Source: Campylobacterales bacterium | GTDB taxonomy: Bacteria > Campylobacterota > Campylobacteria > Campylobacterales > Sulfurimonadaceae | Reading direction: 5' to 3' | Length of the DNA: 30,229 nucleotides | Assembly (NCBI GenBank): GCA_038205935.1 | Contig: JBBRBK010000021.1 | Span: forward strand, 1-30,229 | Shown here: positions 26,116 through 30,229 of the stretch, piece by piece | Layout: every line of letters starts with the position of its first letter | Position numbering within the stretch: the first letter of the stretch is position 1 | Notes under the pieces: generated by a model | Told to the model about the DNA's origin: nothing | Database searches by the model: none | Seen by the model: only the letters and a program-made list of their open reading frames with translations | Made by a program: the position numbers and the translations under genes

Positions 26116-28062
26116 ATGAGTGAGAAAATTACTAGATCTTTATCTTCAAAAATTGTATTTTCTATTGCAATAGTCTCTTTATTGTCAGTAGCAGCTATTT
26201 TTACTATCTTTGAGAAGATTAGCAAGGAATCTTTTTACAATATCGAAACCGAAAAAGCGAAGATAATTACAAAAACGATAGAACCTCTAATCGCAGTTAA
26301 TATATATCTTGATATGAAAGAAAAAGTCGATGAGACAGCGTTTCAACTGATTAAAAATCCAAACATACTTGCAATAAAAATTTTAAAAAATGAAAAAGTA
26401 ATAAGCCGAGTAGAATCAAAAGAGTATAACAAAAGTTTTAGAAACTCTTTTGTGGTTGAACAAATAATTTTTCAACCCAATTCAGATGAAAAAATAGGTT
26501 CTATCATTCTTACTTATTCGAGTCAAAATTATAAAGAGTTATCAGAAAAATACAATATATTGATCTTTGTAGTCCTGTCATTTTTTGGATTACTTTTTGT
26601 GATGCTTGGATTGTATATAAAACGGCTTCTTTCTCCTTTAAGAAAAATCGCAAAATCATTAATAAATTTTTCTCCAGATAAAGAGATGACAATACCATTA
26701 ATAGCAGAAGATAATGAGATAGGTTTGATTTCAAGTGCATTAAATACTATGCAGGAAAATATTTTATATTATTCAAAACAACAGCAAAATCTTCAGTATT
26801 ATCTCGAAGAGGAAATAAATAAAAAAACAGCGGAATTAACTAAACAACTTTATACAAATGCTTTGACGGGATTACCAAATAGGCTAAACCTACTGAGCAA
26901 AATGAAAAAAGATGACTACGTAGCATTATTGATTTTAAATATTGACGATTTTAAAGAAATAAATGATTTTTATGGGCATGAAGCGGGAGATAAAATTTTA
27001 AAAAACTTCTCTTTAGAATTAAAGAAAATATTTAATGAAGAAAATAAAATTGCATTACAACATCTCGGTGCTGATGAATTTGCTTTACTCTTTATACAAA
27101 AACCATCATTATCAGAGTTTATAATTTTTATTCAACAGTTGGTTGTGGATATAGAAAAAATGATCTATTTTTATGAAAACAATGAATTAAGCATAAGGGT
27201 TACTATTGGGGCCTCTTATCAAAAAGAAGGAGCCTTAGAAAAGGCTGATATAGCTTTAAAATCTGCAAAAAAACAAAAAAAATCTTATTTGATATATGAT
27301 GAAAAGTTAAATGTAGAAATGCAGTATAAAAATAATATGGAATGGGTAGAAAAGCTGAAATATGCTATGAAAACAAATAATATCGTTCCATTCTTTCAAG
27401 CAATTTTTGATAATAAATCTAATAAAATTGTAAGTTATGAGTGCTTAATTCGTCTTATCGATAAAGATGGTGATGTTATTCCTCCTTATTCTTTTTTAAC
27501 TATTGCTAGAAAAAGTAGACTATACAGCGAATTGACAAAGATAATGATTCAAAAAAGTTGCCAATATTTTGAATATTTGAATTTTGATTTTTCAGTTAAT
27601 CTTTCAGTTGAAGATATTCTTGATAAAGATACTGTCGAATATATTAAAATGAATATTGAAAAATATCATGTAAGTAAGAAGATTGTCTTTGAGATACTTG
27701 AATCTGAAGGTATAGAAAATTATGAAGAAATATCTCTTTTTATAAAAGAGATGAAAGTATTTGGATGTAGAATTGCTATAGATGATTTCGGTTCAGGATA
27801 TTCAAACTTTGAACATCTTCTTAGACTCGATATCGATTATATAAAAATAGATGGCTCTCTGATAAAAAATCTTGATACAGATATTAATGCTCAGATAGTC
27901 GTTGAAACTATAGTGGATTTCGCCGAAAAATTAAATATATTGACGATAGCTGAATTTGTTCATAATGAGGCAATTCTTAAAAAAGTGAAAGAGTTAAATG
28001 TGAGTAGAACTCAAGGTTTTTTTCTTTCTGAGCCAGAGGCAGAGATACTAAAAATCTTATGA
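26116..28062 (+). CDS. Membrane HAMP-GGDEF-EAL c-di-GMP protein (likely phosphodiesterase)
   Basis: Two TM helices around a periplasmic domain; HAMP (PLRKIAK...NEIGLISSALNTM); LTGLPNR; variant GADEF; EAL motifs YECLIRL, SVNLS, EILE, DDFGSGYS, IKIDG, AEFV, QGF. ATG 26116 preferred over GTG 26086. Confidence 0.93.
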   Translation: MSEKITRSLSSKIVFSIAIVSLLSVAAIFTIFEKISKESFYNIETEKAKIITKTIEPLIAVNIYLDMKEKVDETAFQLIKNPNILAIKILKNEKVISRVESKEYNKSFRNSFVVEQIIFQPNSDEKIGSIILTYSSQNYKELSEKYNILIFVVLSFFGLLFVMLGLYIKRLLSPLRKIAKSLINFSPDKEMTIPLIAEDNEIGLISSALNTMQENILYYSKQQQNLQYYLEEEINKKTAELTKQLYTNALTGLPNRLNLLSKMKKDDYVALLILNIDDFKEINDFYGHEAGDKILKNFSLELKKIFNEENKIALQHLGADEFALLFIQKPSLSEFIIFIQQLVVDIEKMIYFYENNELSIRVTIGASYQKEGALEKADIALKSAKKQKKSYLIYDEKLNVEMQYKNNMEWVEKLKYAMKTNNIVPFFQAIFDNKSNKIVSYECLIRLIDKDGDVIPPYSFLTIARKSRLYSELTKIMIQKSCQYFEYLNFDFSVNLSVEDILDKDTVEYIKMNIEKYHVSKKIVFEILESEGIENYEEISLFIKEMKVFGCRIAIDDFGSGYSNFEHLLRLDIDYIKIDGSLIKNLDTDINAQIVVETIVDFAEKLNILTIAEFVHNEAILKKVKELNVSRTQGFFLSEPEAEILKIL

Positions 28063-28087
28063 TGTAAAAAAGTTTTTTTGTTTTGTA

Positions 28088-28096
28088 TGATATAAT
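28088..28096 (+). promoter_or_regulatory. Extended -10 promoter of purL
   Basis: TGATATAAT, then SD AGGA at 28120-28123 and GTG at 28131. Confidence 0.7.
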
Positions 28097-28130
28097 TCGC
28101 GCTTAAAAACCAAAATTTTAGGATTCTTCC

Positions 28131-30229
28131 GTGAGCCAACAACTTCCAGATATAGATAAATTACTTTCTCAACACAAACTTTCCCAGCTTGATTATGCAA
28201 ATATCAAAAACATTTTAGGTCGCGAGCCAAACCTTGTAGAACTTGGTATTTTTTCTGCGATGTGGAGTGAACACTGTAGTTATAAATCTTCTAAAAAACA
28301 TTTAAACGGTTTTCCGACAAAAGCTCCATGGGTTATCCAAGGTCCTGGTGAAAATGCGGGTGTTATTGACATCGGCGGCGGTTATGCGGCTGTATTTAAG
28401 ATGGAATCACACAACCACCCAAGTTTCATAGAGCCGTATCAAGGTGCTGCAACGGGAGTTGGCGGGATCATGCGTGATATCTTTACTATGGGCGCTCGTC
28501 CTATAGCAAACTTAAATGCACTTCGTTTTGGTAATGTCCTTCGCGGTGACAAAGTCAGCGCACACCAACGTTTTTTGGTTCGTGGTGTCGTTGAGGGAAT
28601 CGGTGGATACGGCAACTGTATGGGCGTTCCGACTATTGGTGGTGAGACAAGTTTTGATGATTGTTACAATGGAAATATTCTTGTAAACGCATTTACTTTA
28701 GGGCTTGCAAAAAGTGATGAGATATTTTACGGAAAGGCTGAGGGTATCGGCAATCCTGTTATCTATGTAGGAAGTAAAACTGGACGTGATGGTCTTGGCG
28801 GAGCGGTTATGAGTTCTGACAGTTTTACTGAAGAGTCTAAATCTCTTCGTCCGACTGTTCAGGTGGGTGACCCATTTACTGAAAAACTTCTTCTTGAAGC
28901 GTGTTTAGAACTTTTCAAAACTGACTACGTCGTAGGTATCCAAGATATGGGTGCGGCGGGTCTTACATCTAGTTCATTTGAAATGGCTGGACGTTCAGGT
29001 TCTGGAATGATCATGCATCTTGACCGTGTTCCAGCTCGTGAAGAGGGGATGACTCCGTATGAGTTTATGCTTTCAGAAAGCCAAGAACGTATGCTTATCT
29101 GTGCGAAAAAAGGAAGCGAGCAAGCTATCATCGATATCTTTGAAAAATGGGATTTAGATGCGGCTGTTGTGGGCGAAGTAACTGCAACTGGTAGAATGGA
29201 ACTTTTCTGGCATGGCGAAAAATGTGCAGATGTTCCAGTTGACCCTGTAAGTGAAGAAGCACCAATTCTTGATCGTCCGACTTCTCGTCCTGCGTATTTG
29301 GATGAGATTCGTGATGTGACTCTGAATGATTTTGACAAAGTAAGCAACCAAGATGCGTTTGCAAAACTTATCATATCTATGGAAGTCGTAGATAAATCGT
29401 GGATCTATGAGCAATATGACTCAATGGTACAAACAAACACGATCAAAAAAGGCGGAAGTTTAGACGCTTCTGTTATCCGAATAAAAGAGAATGGAAAAGC
29501 GCTTGCGATGAGTGCTGACTGTAACGTTCGTTATTGTTACGTAGACCCAAGAAACGGCGCTGCTGCGGCAGTTATCGAGAGCGGTAGAAACGTCGCGATG
29601 TCAGGAGCGAGACCTTTGGCTATTACAGATTGTCTTAACTATGGAAACCCTGAAAACCCAGAAGTTATGTGGCAGTTTGCACAAGGATGTCTTGGTATTA
29701 AAGAAGCTTGTTTAGAACTTACGACTCCGGTCATCGGCGGGAATGTTTCTCTTTATAATGAAACAGACAAAATCTCAGTTTTCCCAACACCTTCAATCGC
29801 GACTGTCGGTGTTAACGATGACCAAGACAAAGTGTTGATGTCTAGTTTTCAAAAAGATGGAAATCTCCTTTATTTAGTAGGCGATACTAAGACAGAATTT
29901 GGCGGATCACTTTACATGAAAGAGCTTTACAACGTAGTCGTAGGAAAAATGCCTGAGATAAACTACGTCAAAGAACTCGCACTTTGGGAATTAGTGATCG
30001 AAGCAAATAAACTCGGACTTTTAGAGTGTGCAAAAGATTGTAGTTCCGGCGGAGCAGCTATCGCTCTTGCTAAGATGAGTGCTGTAAGTGGACTTGGCTG
30101 TAACGTAGGTATGGACGTAACTGATGAGAGAGATATCTTCTCTGAGAGTTTTTCACGCGCACTCATCGAAGTAAAACCTGAAAATGTGAAAGCATTCGAA
30201 GAGATGGCTTCAAAACTGACTTTTCAAAA
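28131..30229 (+). CDS. purL: Phosphoribosylformylglycinamidine synthase subunit PurL (3' end runs off the window)
   Basis: Manual translation, not in ORF track: GTG start, [87 protein letters not shown]. Confidence 0.97.
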   Translation, partial: MSQQLPDIDKLLSQHKLSQLDYANIKNILGREPNLVELGIFSAMWSEHCSYKSSKKHLNGFPTKAPWVIQGPGENAGVIDIGGGYAAVFKMESHNHPSFIEPYQGAATGVGGIMRDIFTMGARPIANLNALRFGNVLRGDKVSAHQRFLVRGVVEGIGGYGNCMGVPTIGGETSFDDCYNGNILVNAFTLGLAKSDEIFYGKAEGIGNPVIYVGSKTGRDGLGGAVMSSDSFTEESKSLRPTVQVGDPFTEKLLLEACLELFKTDYVVGIQDMGAAGLTSSSFEMAGRSGSGMIMHLDRVPAREEGMTPYEFMLSESQERMLICAKKGSEQAIIDIFEKWDLDAAVVGEVTATGRMELFWHGEKCADVPVDPVSEEAPILDRPTSRPAYLDEIRDVTLNDFDKVSNQDAFAKLIISMEVVDKSWIYEQYDSMVQTNTIKKGGSLDASVIRIKENGKALAMSADCNVRYCYVDPRNGAAAAVIESGRNVAMSGARPLAITDCLNYGNPENPEVMWQFAQGCLGIKEACLELTTPVIGGNVSLYNETDKISVFPTPSIATVGVNDDQDKVLMSSFQKDGNLLYLVGDTKTEFGGSLYMKELYNVVVGKMPEINYVKELALWELVIEANKLGLLECAKDCSSGGAAIALAKMSAVSGLGCNVGMDVTDERDIFSESFSRALIEVKPENVKAFEEMASKLTFQ

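Noticed and set aside
947..30166. Numerous short antisense or off-frame ORFs in the track (e.g. 947-1408, 2218-2568, 19034-19357, 22199-22579, 28925-29374)
   Set aside because: They overlap well-supported genes and show no recognisable motifs; these are expected shadow ORFs.
1..30229. tRNA, rRNA, integrase, transposase or prophage genes
   Set aside because: None recognised; intergenic spaces are short and accounted for by promoters or leaders.

Overview
AT-rich bacterial chromosome segment from a Campylobacterota (Epsilonproteobacteria) genome, most like Sulfurimonas/Sulfuricurvum, judged from hobA, the short DprA, the long FolP and gene order. The backbone is housekeeping: rpsF-ssb-rpsR, deacetylase-dprA, hemW-tatB-tatC-queA, rppH-lysC-hobA-holB-folP, HDOD-rnr-holA, a GreB-like gene and purL. 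purL and a left-edge ankyrin gene are truncated by the window and missing from the ORF track. Two accessory blocks interrupt the backbone. (1) 9009-13412: SHP-type cytochrome c, diheme cytochrome c, cytochrome b-DHC fusion, Spy/CpxP-like protein and an OmpR-type two-component system, preceded by an 11-bp-period direct repeat. (2) 22760-28062: an AT-rich four-gene unit encoding a LuxI/FeeM-like acyltransferase, a TonB-dependent receptor, a YfiR/HmsC-like periplasmic protein and a membrane HAMP-GGDEF-EAL protein. This is a candidate self-contained signal-synthase to c-di-GMP circuit and the best novel-system lead. Separately, the palindrome TACATGTA (often CTTACATGTAAG) occurs 14 times, far above chance, resembling a HIP1-like iterated palindrome. 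All family calls come from motif recognition by eye; no searches were run.
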